DNA of 46,441 nt from Chara braunii. Its lineage: Eukaryota; Plantae; Charophyceae. The notes beneath the pieces are model-generated. The model had not been told where the DNA came from. It saw only the letters and a list, made by a program, of their open reading frames with translations, and ran no database searches. The stretch covers positions 1,490,879 to 1,537,319 of the forward strand of contig BFEA01000041.1 in the NCBI GenBank assembly GCA_003427395.1, given 5' to 3'. Shown here piece by piece: positions 1-12,193 of the stretch (positions are counted from its first letter, which is position 1; each line of letters starts with the position of its first letter). The translations under genes and the position numbers were made by a program.

Positions 1-235
1 CTCTCTCTCTCTGTGTGGGTGTGGGTGTGTGTTGTTGTGTGCGTTCTCCAGCGTCCCGTACACTCCCCGCATTGGCTGCAGCACGACATGCAAGTCGCAA
101 GAAAGCAGGAGTCAAGGGATGCGAAACGAAACTATGCGGCAAGGTAGGTACAAAGTCAGATTGAGGAAGCGGGACCTCTGGCACGGGGTGCCGCCGTGAT
201 TGCCTTTCTTGCTTGTCCCCCATTCATTCACGCGC

Positions 236-3200
236 TTAATAATATCCTCCCGTGCCGGCGCTAGTCATCTGCGATTGGTAATGCACTGTGGCAGGCGCTG
301 CACCCGCCTGTTGCACCGCCTGGCCCCCATAGCTTGGTAATGCCCCCGTAGCGGTCGCTCCTTGGTAAGAGGTACTTACGCCACCTACCCCGCTGTGCAT
401 CGTATCCCTCATGGTGCTTCCTGTACTCACTCCATATCCTCCCCCTCCTCCTGACCCTCCATAGCCTCCATCATTACCATAATGTAGCGCAGAGTTGGAC
501 GTCGCTGCGCCGGTCGTCATCGCCGATGACATTCCCATCTGATGTCCGTGGCCGTACGACTGCGCGACGGCCCGCTCCTCGTAGATTGAGTAAGGCTGCG
601 CCGCACTCTGAGTGACTGTCTGCTGGGATCCCAACCCACTACTCTGCCCCACTTGACTTCCCATTCCTGTTCCTCCCATACCTCCCCCCATGCCTGCACC
701 CATACCTCCTCCCATTACTCCTCCCATCCCCGTTCCTCCTATGCCCCCGGCTCCTCCCATACCTCCTCCTCCCCCGATGCCACCTCCTCCGATACCCGTT
801 CCGCCTCCCATACCACCGCCTGTCATACCTGCTCCCATACCTCCTCCCATACCTCCGACCATTGATCCGCCTCCCATTCCTCCCGCAGTGGTCCCGCCGA
901 TTGCGCCAGCACCTAGACCTCCTCCCATACCTCCCGCCGCTCCCATTCCCCCTCCGCTTATACTGCCTCCCATGCCTCCCCCGCCCATGCTGCCTCCCAT
1001 CGCTCCTCCTCCCATTCCTCCTCCCATCCCTCCGGACATGCCCATTCCTCCCCCACCCATAGTACCTCCTGCCATGCCCCCTCCCATACCTCCTCCCATT
1101 CCAGTGGCTCCCCCCATCCCTCCACCCATGTTTCCTCCCATTCCAGTCCCTCCTCCTCCCATTCCTCCCATTGCACCGCCGACGCCGCCACCTACAGCAC
1201 CCATTGCCCCACCACCCATGCTCCCCCCTCCGCCCATCCCGACCTGCGCACTATTCGCAACCCCGTAGTGTCCCGCAGTCGGCGCGGCGGTCACTCCCCC
1301 TTGATTTGCCGCTCCTGTCTGGGAGTATCCTCCTCCCGCTCCCGTCTGGGAGTATCCCCCTCCAGCTCCTGTCTGGGAGTATCCTCCTCCCGCTCCTGTC
1401 TGGGAGTATGCCCCTCCCGCTCCTGTCTGGGAGTACCCTCCTCCCGCTCCTGTCTGGGAGTACCCTCCTCCCGCTCCTGTCTGGGAGTACCCTCCTCCCG
1501 CTCCTGTCTGGGAGTACCCTCCCGCTCCTGTCTGGGAGTACCCTCCCGCCCCTGTCTGCGAGTACCCTCCCGCCCCTCCTCCCATGTGCCCTCCGTGCAT
1601 CACCTGGCTCGCGCCCGCCGCCGGTCGCATGCTGACTTCCTCCGCATAGATCCCTCCACCCCCGCCTGCACTATACGTCGCAGCCCCACCTCCTCCTCCT
1701 CCCCCTCCCGTCCCTAACGGGTTCATCTGTCCTCCCATCCCCGCGTGCTCCACCTGGCCATCCATTCTCGGCCTCATTCGCACCTGCTGATCCATGTGCA
1801 ATCCATCGTCCATAATCATGTACGGACGCTTCGCGCCGGCAATACCTGCGGCTCCACGGCCATCGTCTGCTACGTATTCACGCCCGACGCCGGCGGCGCC
1901 ATAGCTCCCCCCACCTCCCACGGAAGCTTGCCCATAAGGCCCGGCGGCGGCTCGCTCCCCCATTCTTGCCTGGTAACCGGCACGCTCATAGCCTGCATTC
2001 GCATCATACCTGGAGCCTGTAGCAGAGGCATAGCCATCGCCCATACCTCTTCCAGCAGGGGTGGGAACGCCGCGACCGCCATAGCCGGAGGCAGCAACAG
2101 GCATCATGGCCGCAGCACGGGGTGCGGCTACTCCTCGACCTCGAACACCGACAGCTCCCGCTCCTCCATCTCCATAGCCTCCACCTCCTCCTCCCATGGC
2201 TCCACCGCCTGCCATATCGTACCCTCCGTCCATTCTCCCATCACCGTAGTCGTCGTATCGGCGGTCGGCTCGGACACCCACGAAATCGCCGGCTCCCGCG
2301 CCTCTGCCGCGGCCGCCCACAGCCGTCGTTCCGGTTGCGTAGACCAAGCCGCCGACGGCGGGTCCGCCCGTCTGTCTGCCGCCCGTGGCCCCGGGTGCAG
2401 CCGCGCCTCTCACTGGCGCGCCCCATTCTGCAGCCCCGCGCCCCCGGCCTCCCGCCGCCGCGTAGGGATCCCGTTCACCATACCCATCGCTCAATCCCCC
2501 TCGGGCGTCGTATCGCGTATACGCTGTCGTCCCGCCGCGCGTCACAACCGCCGCCGCCACCGCGCCTCCCCCTCTTCCGCCTCCNCCCCCACCAATCGGC
2601 CCCCCCCCGTAACTCGTTCCGCCCCCGCGATACGCACCCCCGCCTCCCATCCCGATACTTCCCCCTCCACCACCCCCTCCTTCTCGCGGTCTTGCAGGCT
2701 TAGGCTTCAGGAAATCCGTCTCCAAGCTCTTCATATCTTGATGCGAAAGCCTCTCCATGATCTTCTCCAGCGCGTCCGCCGCCGCCATCTGCTTCGCCTT
2801 TCCCTTCGCTTTCGCCTTCCCTTGCCCCCTTGTCACGGGTACATTCGCCGGTGGCCCTCCCAACAATGCCGTCACTTCGAACGTCTGTGCCCCTCCGGCC
2901 GCTTCCCCGTCCGGCGTCGCCTTCGTCGTGAAATTGACCTCTGCGTTTACCCTAGACGCGTACTCGTGAAGAAGACTCAGGGGTGTCTTGTTACTCGAGA
3001 CTTTGTCTCCTTTGCGAAGGCTTTCCACTAGTCGATGCACTCGAGAGCTCCTGTGTTTCGACAACTCAGCGCCAGTTTCGCTTTCGAATCCGCACTTCAC
3101 GCATTCAAACGCGCTGCTCTCCTTCCACTTGTTCTCCGCCTTCTCCTTGTCCCCCTCTCCTCCTGGCAAAGCTGCGGCATTGCCAGCCTTACCCTCGCCA

Positions 3201-3479
3201 TCACCATCGGTCATCTCAGTGTCTCCGTTCTTCTTATTAGCTCCGTCACCACCGGCGGCAGTAGGTCGAGACTTGCTTGCACTTCCTGGTCCACCTTTGT
3301 CCCCACCTTTCTCCTCTTCTGCTTCCTCCTGCACTGCCTTCTCCCGTATGACTCTCACGAACTCCGCCATGCTCGACTCTTCCTCCCCTGCTCCCCTTTC
3401 ACGACCTCCGCCGCCGCGTCCTCCGCGACTTCCTCTCGCCCTTCCAAACCGGCTGCTTCTCGCGCCACCCCCCCTTCCG

Positions 3480-3511
<32 letters not shown>

Positions 3512-4651
3512 NCCCCCACTCCTCCCCCGGCCTCCTCTTCCTCCTCTTCCCGTTCTACCTGATGCTAACCTCGCCGCTCCCCCTTTCGTCCGCACTGGCG
3601 GCCTTGCTAGCATTGCCTCCACCCTCAGCTTCTTATCGTCATCCCCTATATCTTTACCATTTATCGCCTCTATACACCGGAGCGCCGCATCTCTCTCCAC
3701 GTAATTCACGAACCCGAAGTCCTTCCTTTTAGCAGACGTTAGGTTCCCGGCCACAACCACCTTCTCCACCTCTCCCCATTGAGAGAAGAACTCCTTCACC
3801 TTGTCTTCCGACCACGTGGGTGGCATCCCATTGATGAACACCGACTTCACCTGCGACATTGTCTCCTCGCCCGGCTCGTTCAGCGGCTGCGCAAAAGCTG
3901 CTTTCACTGGCCTCTCCCCTCCCATCATTATATCCCCTTTCTGAAGCCTCTTGAGAGCTCTGGCTGCATCCTTCCTCGTCGGGAACTCCAAGAAAGCAAA
4001 CCCTCGGTTCATGCCCTCGTTCTGAGCGTCTTTCATGAGAGTTAAATCGTCTAAGTTCTCGATGCCGTTTTTGTCCAGAGCTTCTTTCACCATCTGCCTC
4101 GTCCATGACTTCCCTAGGTTACCCAAAAAGACGGTATGGTTGTCTTCGCAAGGCAGCACGCCGACAGTCCGGTTAAGTACGTCGACCTTGGCAAGGTCAG
4201 ACAAGGCGGCCTTGGCGCCGGCGACGGTGGCATAGCGAACGAAGCAGTAGCCCTTGTTGCGACCGGTATTAGGATTCTGAATCAGGCGAATCTCAGAAAT
4301 TTCACCAACCTTTTGGAAGACGGAACGAATATCATCTTCCGTGGCCCAGGGATCGAGACCGCCGACAAAGACTTCCGCTCGCTTACGCAGTTTCCTGTCG
4401 AGGGCAGACTCGGCAGACTCCCCTCCCCCACCTTCCCCTCCACCTGCACCACCACCTTCGCCTTCTGCCCGTTCTTTCGCAGCACCCATCTCGTCCCCGT
4501 ACTTCGCCATAGCCTCCTCCTCCTCACCATCCCCCATCCCATGTATATCTTCGTCTTGTTCATCATCCTGTCCATCAATATCCAAACCCTCCCCTCCGTC
4601 GCTGATCTCGATATCCTCCCCAATTCCATCCTCTGCCTTCACATACTCTTC

Positions 4652-4654
<3 letters not shown>
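236..4654 (-). CDS. hnRNP Q/R-like RNA-binding protein (3 RRMs + RGG + C2H2 zinc finger + dsRBD + Gly-rich low-complexity C-terminus), single exon, ~1472 aa
   Basis: Uninterrupted ORF; first ATG at 4654 (MEEYVK), the upstream extension is only microsatellite. Acidic N-terminus; RRM1 (EVFVGGL...KGYCFVRY, ~4150-4378); RRM2 (TVFLGNL...RGFAFLEF, ~3885-4138); RRM3 (SVFINGM...KDFGFVNY, ~3600-3850); C-x2-C-x12-H-x5-H finger (~3033-3110); dsRBD (KTPLSLLHEY...KGKAKQMAAADALEKI, ~2758-2990). The KRPY..MDD motif and terminal GGYY resemble the plant family. Two N bases in poly-C runs (2585, 3512). Confidence 0.9.
1311..1570 (-). repeat. Coding minisatellite: 10 copies of (G)GG/A-YSQTGA, 24-27 bp unit
   Basis: Repeated gctcctgtctgggagta(c/t)cctcc(tcc)c on + strand; translates to ten YSQTGA units. 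Confidence 0.95.

Positions 4655-4731
<77 letters not shown>
4655..4731. repeat. Compound (CT)n(CA)n microsatellite abutting the start codon
   Basis: Direct sequence; reads (TG)n(AG)n then ATG on the minus strand. Confidence 0.95.
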
Positions 4732-4732
<1 letters not shown>

Positions 4733-5310
4733 GCAACTGCACAAAGACGGCGACGGAAAATGATGGCCTCGCCCCCCCTTCCCCGTATCTCTTGCAAACA
4801 CACAGACGCCCTAATACGCCACGCCGCCGCCACAACAAAAGAAAAGGACGAGAGCTTAGCTTTCCTTGTTTATCCCGAGCAGCACAACCTCTCGCTTCCT
4901 CAGATAGGGCAGCAGAAGCGGCAGCACTGCGCAGTCACGGGCGCGCGTGGCTTGCCGTCGCCGACTGAGGTCCAGATTCCGCCTCTGGGTTCCACTGGTA
5001 CATATTTGACCTAGCCCTAGCGGGGGCAGCCAAATTCGCTGGCCAGGCGGGAAAACGAAAACGGCCTCCCCACCCACCCGGAAGATGAGCGAAAAAGGAC
5101 GCAATTGCCACTTATCCTCCTCGAATAGCAATAGCAAGATGGCCACCGTCTTCTCCCTGCGCTGCCACTCACATTTCCCAAGAAGTCACCTCTGCCACCG
5201 ACGCCGGTTGCAGAGCTCGCTTGGCGTATAGCTTGATATCCGACCTCTGCGTCGTGCATTACATTCCAACGCAAAGGGCGAAAACCCAAGAGCAGAGAAA
5301 GGAGGGAGCC

Positions 5311-5332
5311 GGGGGGGGGGGGGGGGGGGGGG
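5311..5332. repeat. Poly-G tract (22 nt)
   Basis: Direct sequence. Confidence 0.9.
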
Positions 5333-5796
5333 CTTTCTTTCTCTTCTTTGGTTCTTTTTCCCTTATTATTCCGTAGACGTAGATAGACTCTGCATTACGT
5401 GTTCACCGATCGCTCAACGATACACTTGTATGCATGATCGGAGCATATGCTCACACGAGGTCTTTCCGAATGTACCTGACTGCCATTACCACCACCTGTC
5501 GATGCATCTAACGGCAATTGTGTCCAGAGGTCAGTCGGAAATGTCCTACAGTAGTGTGAACGTGCTCAGGGACGAGGACGTACTCACTACCATTCTTTTC
5601 ATTCATAGCCGTCGATCGCCAAGATGAACGGCCAGAAACGGAGAATCTGGAAATGCTGAGACCGATCCCTGCTAGATCTGAAGTACCGTTCGATACAAAA
5701 CAGTTACTTGTTTCTGGGCGTAGTGACCGTCAAATACAGCCAGGTGCGGTCGTAAATGCGGTCAGATGCATTTGAGTTAAGATAGTGCTACGGTAG

Positions 5797-6320
5797 TGTG
5801 AGTACGCCCCTGGGGTGGTCTCCTCGCCGTCTTCGCGCATGCCGTTCGAGCGAATCTACAGATGCCGGACCCTTCTTCACCCGAATAGACGCCCGGAAAT
5901 TATCTCGGTATCCGGACTGAAACAGGGGTTCTATTCGGGTCAAGATGGGTAGGCTGTCAGCGGTGGTAAGCCCCTGGGACCACAGCCCATCGAACGAAGA
6001 AGGGCGGACGTCGGCTGCCGCCCAAATTGCAATCCAACGGTGCAGGTCAGCAGTCACAGGCGATTTCTTCCTTTTTCAGTTTCCTTCTTATAGAAAGGGA
6101 ATTAGCCCCTACAATCCTCAGTTCCTGATGATCCGTTTATCAACAGCTACATGTATTTGCCATCCATCCAGAGGGTTGGATAAATGGCTCTCCACAGGCT
6201 GCCCCTACACGCCACCAGAACAGGACTAGCCCACGACCATCTTTGTACATTGGTCTGATTCAGGACGGACAGGACAGACACTCGTTTGAACCACCACTGC
6301 CCTCAACAGTCCCCCCCTAG
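5797..6320 (-). mobile_element. 3' LTR (5797-6308) of a truncated LTR retrotransposon with adjoining polypurine tract
   Basis: Minus strand reads AGGGGGGGAC (PPT, 6309-6318) immediately followed by TGTTGAG...CTCACA (TG...CA termini with short inverted repeat); TATA-like TATAAGAAGG at ~6083-6092 on minus strand. Confidence 0.6.
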
Positions 6321-7487
6321 AAGAAGAGCCTGAGGTCCTTCAGATTCTGGAGATCGACGACCAGAAATGAAAAACGCGATGCCCACTATGCTCAAAAGAC
6401 CAATGGCGGCCTACACGAACCACCATCAGGACCATCAAGCCGCAACTGCACCCTCCATGGCAGCAGTTCAATTTCACAGCTGTCTTTCTAATTTTTCACA
6501 GCCAACTGAAATGGGGTTGGCCCTTTTTCCACTGACGTTGGCCCTTTTTCTATTGAGGTTGGCCTTAGACACTGCTGTTACTCGAAGGGGTGCGGAAGAA
6601 GAAGAGAAAAGGGGGTGCAGCTACAGGCAAAAGGCTCACTCTTACCAACTGGCCTCCCTCAGTTGATACACCCGTGAACTGTTGAAATAAAGACCTGTGT
6701 TCGAATCCAGATTGAACCAGGTGAATAAAAAATAAACTCATTCTGAATTACCTGGAGCCCACCAGTTCGACAAGGATATTTCAAGGTCGCCCGGGTGCGC
6801 TTTTTAGAATCGCCAATACTTCTAAGGCACTTCTCTTTGACGTTGGAAACGCCCTCCGTGACAGCAAAAAAACAAACCGCCGTGGCCTCCTTTTGGTTGG
6901 CACCGCCAGCCCTTTTGCTTCACCAAGCCCTGAAAGTTGCGGCTCATGTACGTCAAGGGCCCATGGCCAATGTATGGGCCAAGTACTGGTGGTTTAAATG
7001 AAGGAGGTAAGAGAAAGGGAAAATTTGAGTGATACTCCTCGGAGTCCACACATATGCTGAAACGCTCCTAAAAGATGAGGGTACAGTGGAATGCCCTTTT
7101 GGCCTAAATTCTTTCTGGTATGTCCTTGTCAGGTCAGGCGCAAATTTGCAATCTACACCTCCTCGTCGGGGGTTGGGACTGCACCCTAATTTACCTGGTT
7201 TGCCCTCCCTACACAACGAACAACTTTGCATAATACCTAGGCCCTATGCGCGACAATCTAGGACTATGAATTCAAACTTTCGCACGTCACTCAACAACTT
7301 GTGCAGGTCATCCTAGTAAGTTCCTCCATCTCTCACCTCCTCCTCCCTTACCATTCCTCCACTGCCTTCTCCCTTTGTCAGTGTGTGTGTATGTGTGTGC
7401 GCGTGTATATGTATATGTGTGTGTATGAGAGAGAGATTGAGAATCAAAAAATAATTGTGACATCGGGTCTTGCTCTACTACTCACCA

Positions 7488-7812
7488 ATGTGCAAAATGA
7501 GAATGAAGTTGCCTCTATAACATTGGAATGGAATGGAACATATACCGCCGCAAATGTCTCCATACTTCTCCCTTTTATCTTTTGTTGATAAAAAATATGG
7601 TTGTGTATCTTCTCATGATACAACCAAAGACCCATTCTCATTCTACATGTCCTCTAACATATCCTCGATCTGGGTAGGTGGAAAGCATGCAAAATGAGAA
7701 TCGGTTAGAACATGAGAAGATACACCACAATATCACTTGCCTTTAATCAATTAAAAAAATGATTGTGTATGTTCCAATGTCCTAATGAATAATTCATTCT
7801 CATTTTGCACAT
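7488..7812. mobile_element. Fold-back MITE-like element
   Basis: Perfect 20-bp inverted repeat ATGTGCAAAATGAGAATGAA (7488-7507) / TTCATTCTCATTTTGCACAT (7793-7812), plus nested internal inverted repeat (GTGTATCTTCTCATG / CATGAGAAGATACAC). Confidence 0.6.
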
Positions 7813-8753
7813 CATTAACCTACCCCTGATCTCGATCCCAATAGGAAGACCAATTTGGCTGCTGATTGCTTAGACACAGTCACAACAAAGTGCCAATTGG
7901 CATCCCCTCTGACGCTTCTTGACAAGAAAGAAACCAAAAAGCGGAGGGTGCACAACGAAGTGAAGGGGGGACTTGAAAAGATGATGTAGGTCGGTAGGGG
8001 TAAAAGTTGAAAATCAATTGTACACTTTGAAAGTTGGAACGTACAGGCGTATTTAAAAAACTTCACCCAATACCCATGAGTTGTATATTGCAAAGATGGT
8101 CGTATTGGTCGGTCCGACCAACACGGATGGTATTTTGCAAAGATTTTTTATTCTCATAAGAATATTTAACTCTACCACCATTTGTAGGGGCATTTTGGCA
8201 TATCTCAACTTTGAGGGTTATAATGCAAATTTTTCTTGAAACCACCACTACATGTTCAAGTTGTAGGCCCATTTGGGAAAATGACCTCAAATTTAATGCG
8301 TCCGACGGAGGGTCGGTCTTTGTTTCCCAGGAAAAATAATAAATAAAAAAGTGGGACCCTATGAGCCCGCTCATCAAAACGGGAAAAAAAACAAACAAAC
8401 ACATGCACTTTCACAATGTCAGAGATGGTTATGGCATAGGTTGTACTCACACCACTACTGTGAGGAATGTATGTGGCCAAAATCAAGATAAAATCCATGG
8501 TGTGGTTTTATTTTGTTTTTTGCAAGTACTTTAATGATGTTGGAAAGGTCGTTTTCACACTAGTATTGTGAGGAATGTATTTGACCACTATCAGGGCTAA
8601 AGTTGGGTAGTGATTTTGGTTTCTTTTCATTTCTTTTCAATCTGAAGGCCCTGCCAGCGAGGCTCAACGTTTTCCACACTCTGCTAGAAACACCCTCACT
8701 AAGGACACACTCACTTTGGAATTGGTAAAATGGATCTAAACCCATATCACGAC

Positions 8754-8756
<3 letters not shown>

Positions 8757-8818
<62 letters not shown>
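8757..8818. repeat. (AT)n microsatellite
   Basis: Direct sequence. Confidence 0.95.
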
Positions 8819-8821
<3 letters not shown>

Positions 8822-11589
8822 TTATATTTTTTTTTTTTTCTTCTTTTGTTTTCACGGGCATGGGGAAGATCATTCTAACACTAGTATTATATATAACGTA
8901 CCTGACCACTAATCGCCTTGAAACAAGTTGAAGGTAGAGTCTGTGCTATGTAGAGATATATGAAGTGCTACTAGTATATGTATAATAAGCAACAACATGC
9001 TATGTAGTACGAGTCAAGCCGCGAATCAGGATCGACATCCCTCACAAAAGGAAGATGGTCCCTCAGGGTAACTGAGGTGCTCTAACGAGATTCATACCAC
9101 GATGGTTAAAAACGAAAAATGTAACCGAAATTTTATCATGATGGAGAACATCGAGCCCTTTAATCGGGCCACTACTCACTTTGAGATACTAAGATGCGTA
9201 TAATCGAGCCCTAAATCGATATTAATCAGTAAAAAAACTATTATCTATGTACAACAAACCAAAAATCAAGCAAACAAAGCTCACTGTGACGGCATAGCTA
9301 CATAAACCTACATGTCATGGCATTTCATTAAAACCCATAAAAGGGCGAGTCAAGTGACTCATTCAACTCCCATATAATCCACCACTTCCTCAATCACCCT
9401 AAGAGGTTGGCGATCCTTATGGATAATGGTTAGACCTTATAACCATCCTTTCATAAAGCATAGAGCCAACATTTTTCAATTCATATTAAAGCCGACATTA
9501 AAAAAATCATAACTCGTGAAAAGTCAAAATGTGGCTCAAAGCCCAACAACCACAATACCCAGAAAAAAATTAAGATATAAGCGTCATAATAGCAAACCAC
9601 TGGATGTCCTTATAAATGAGCAAAACACACGAACAACAAGCTCGAAGGTGAAGTAAAGGCTACCAATCTTCAATCAACCACCAACATATAGATCATTATG
9701 TGTGTATAGGCATGTGTATATGTACGCGTGTGCAGGAGTATGTGCAAGCATATGCATGCTTGAAGGTATGTGTGTTTGTGTATGCGCGTATATGTGCTTG
9801 CGTGACTGTGCATGAGTGCGTGCGCAAGATGCAGCCACTCCTATGATGCAAGGAATTATTGAGTGCGCCCAGGTCGCAGATCTCGATTGCAGGGCGGCTC
9901 CAACTCTCATATGTATATCAATGCATGAAAAACATAACCATGTATGGGAGCATTAATCTCTGTTGAATCAACAACCAGCACACATTGGTGACTTATCACT
10001 GTCCCATTGGTGTCCTCACAGATCGACATCAATAAAAACCAATCGAATGGCAAAGAGATGACCTACCACAATTTACATTTTTTTATGGTTGGCAAAAATC
10101 TACATTGGTTGGGTCCACTGATTGTTTGAACCATCAATACCTCCAAGATTTTTTATCCTAACTCGGATTTATGTTGCGCGTTGTCGTAGCAAACACCCTT
10201 ACAAGGGTGTTTCCTATTGTTTTTGAAGGACACCCTGGGTGCAACCTTGATAATACAAGCGCACTGATGGGACTAATCTCTTCCAAGGGCTCACCGCGGC
10301 AACCTCACCAATGGAATGCGTCCGAGCCAAGTACGAGCGAGTTAGAGAGGGTGTGAGGCACACATTATTGTGTAGCGCGGTAAAATGACTGTTAGTGATC
10401 GATAGTACCAGGTCGGCGAACGAAGGCCTCGTGCAAAGGCATGGGCAAGGGATAAGACTAACCAAACAGGTTGTGCACATGAAGCACGATTCATGGTACC
10501 AGGATAAAAATTGACAAGCGAACCCTCAACCAGTACAGGCTATACCCGAAGAAGGCTGGCGGCACGGGCCAAAGGCATAAGGCCCGGCTACCCACCTTCT
10601 GTAGGTTTTTTCTTTTTTTTGTTATAATTCTTTTTATTCTATAGTGTCTAGCTTTACTTCCTAAATCAACTCGACCTCTTGGTAGGGCCTATCGCGAAGG
10701 AGATACAAATATTTCTTTGCGCGTGCACGAAAAAATTGTGTTTTAACAACCCCATAGAAAGGCGCGACCTTTCAGCCCTCGCGTGGGGAAGTTGGGAGTT
10801 TTCAACAGTATATGAGATGTGCTCGACGACCAATGTACAAAATAGCTAGGGACTTAGACACGGACTACGTCGTGTGGCGGGCGTAAGTCTGGCCGGTAGG
10901 TCGAGGCGAAGGCTTGGTTATGTTGGTAAGTGCAGCCACGACACCGAATATGTTTTTATAAAATTTAGCGTCCACTTGGTTCAAACTTGGGCTTAGCCCT
11001 ATTGGTTACGGTACTGGAATTTCAAGCGATTGGTTTGGGGAACGAAGGTAGCAAGTGATTATGGAGTGAACGAGTGCGATCGACGTAGGCCGAGGGGTCG
11101 AGGGTCTTGTGGGACTAACCCCTTGGTTTTGTCGGACGGGCCTGGACGTGGGTCCGACTGGCAAGACGAAGGGGGGGCTAGTGGGTCCCCGTGCTTCTCC
11201 CCCTCCCCCTCAAGTTCCCCTAATTTTATTATTTTTATTTTTTATTTTATTTCTTATTTTACCTTGTTAGTAAGGCCTCATTTTTGGACCGGGCGCGATA
11301 CCGACGTCGGGACTGATGATGAAATCGACGGGCCTACCCCAGTTGGTACGTCCGAGGTTGTTGAATTACGGACGTTAGTCCAAATCCAGTCGGAACTTAC
11401 CTGAAGAAAACACATTCACGCCAATTACGTTGGAGGGACCGATAGCGAAGAAGTACTGCGAGAGAATGATGAAAAATAATTAAAAAAATAAATCAATAAG
11501 AGTGTTTGAAAATGCCAAGCGAGAAGTGGGTGAAGGAAAGTCGTGCACCCCGTTTGGGCAAGGTGGACCCCGACTTCGTTGTCGCCTCC

Positions 11590-12193
11590 TTATTAAACGT
11601 CGGGTGTCTGCCAGCATGGGCTCCTGTGACAGACAATGTAGTGGGGAGCGATTGAAACCTCCACTGGTGGTCGTCACGACAGTCAAAAGCTGGACGACGA
11701 CAATGGTGTCACCCCGCTTGTTGGATATGGGGTGTTCTGCGTGTTCAGGATGCTGACGAGATTCCTCCATCTTACCAGTCTTGAAACACGAACCGAGGGG
11801 GTTAATCTGCATGAGAGTTGTTGGATGTATAGCCCACAAGGCAAATGGAACTTGAGTGGCAAGGACCCCCTGAAGGTGCACTGTCTGCCAGCCATGATAT
11901 GCTATTGGAGGATTTGAGTGTGAGTAGGCCCGTAGTACCTGAAAGATGGTGAATTGTGCTTCGGCAAGGCAAGGCAAAAGGGAACTCAAGTGGGGGCTCG
12001 CAACGATACTGACGTGCGAATCGTTCGTCCGACCTGGGTAATGGGGCGAAAGACTACTCGAGTCGCCTAGTATTTGGTTCCCTCCGAACTGATATGCAAA
12101 TCGTTCGTCGGACTTGGGTATGAGGTTGAAAGACTAATTGAACCAAGTTAGTAGCTGGTGCCCCCTGAAGTTTCTCGCAGGCCAGTTGGAGCT
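11590..12193 (+). pseudogene. Degenerate fragment of nuclear LSU (25S/28S) rRNA, D2-D3 region, with internal ~80-bp tandem duplication
   Basis: Recognisable conserved LSU words in correct order: CAGGATGCTG, CAGTCTTGAAACACGAACCGAGG (cf. CCGTCTTGAAACACGGACCAAGG), CCTGAAAGATGGTGAATTGTGC, ACTGACGTGCGAATCGTTCGTC, GGGGCGAAAGACTA, TAGTAGCTGG, GAAGTTTCTCGCAGG...GGAGCT. Many substitutions; no flanking rDNA recognised. Left boundary approximate. Confidence 0.85.

Noticed and set aside
4655-4801. N-terminal 49-aa extension of the long ORF (CVCVC...ERERER)
   Set aside because: Non-ATG start and translation of a microsatellite; the ATG at 4654 is more plausible.
653-5014. Long + strand Pro/Ser/His-rich ORFs (e.g. 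690-1268, 1745-3031, 4136-5014)
   Set aside because: Antisense shadows of the GC-rich, Gly-rich minus-strand gene.
11590-12193. Functional rRNA gene
   Set aside because: Fragmentary, mutated in universally conserved positions and internally duplicated.
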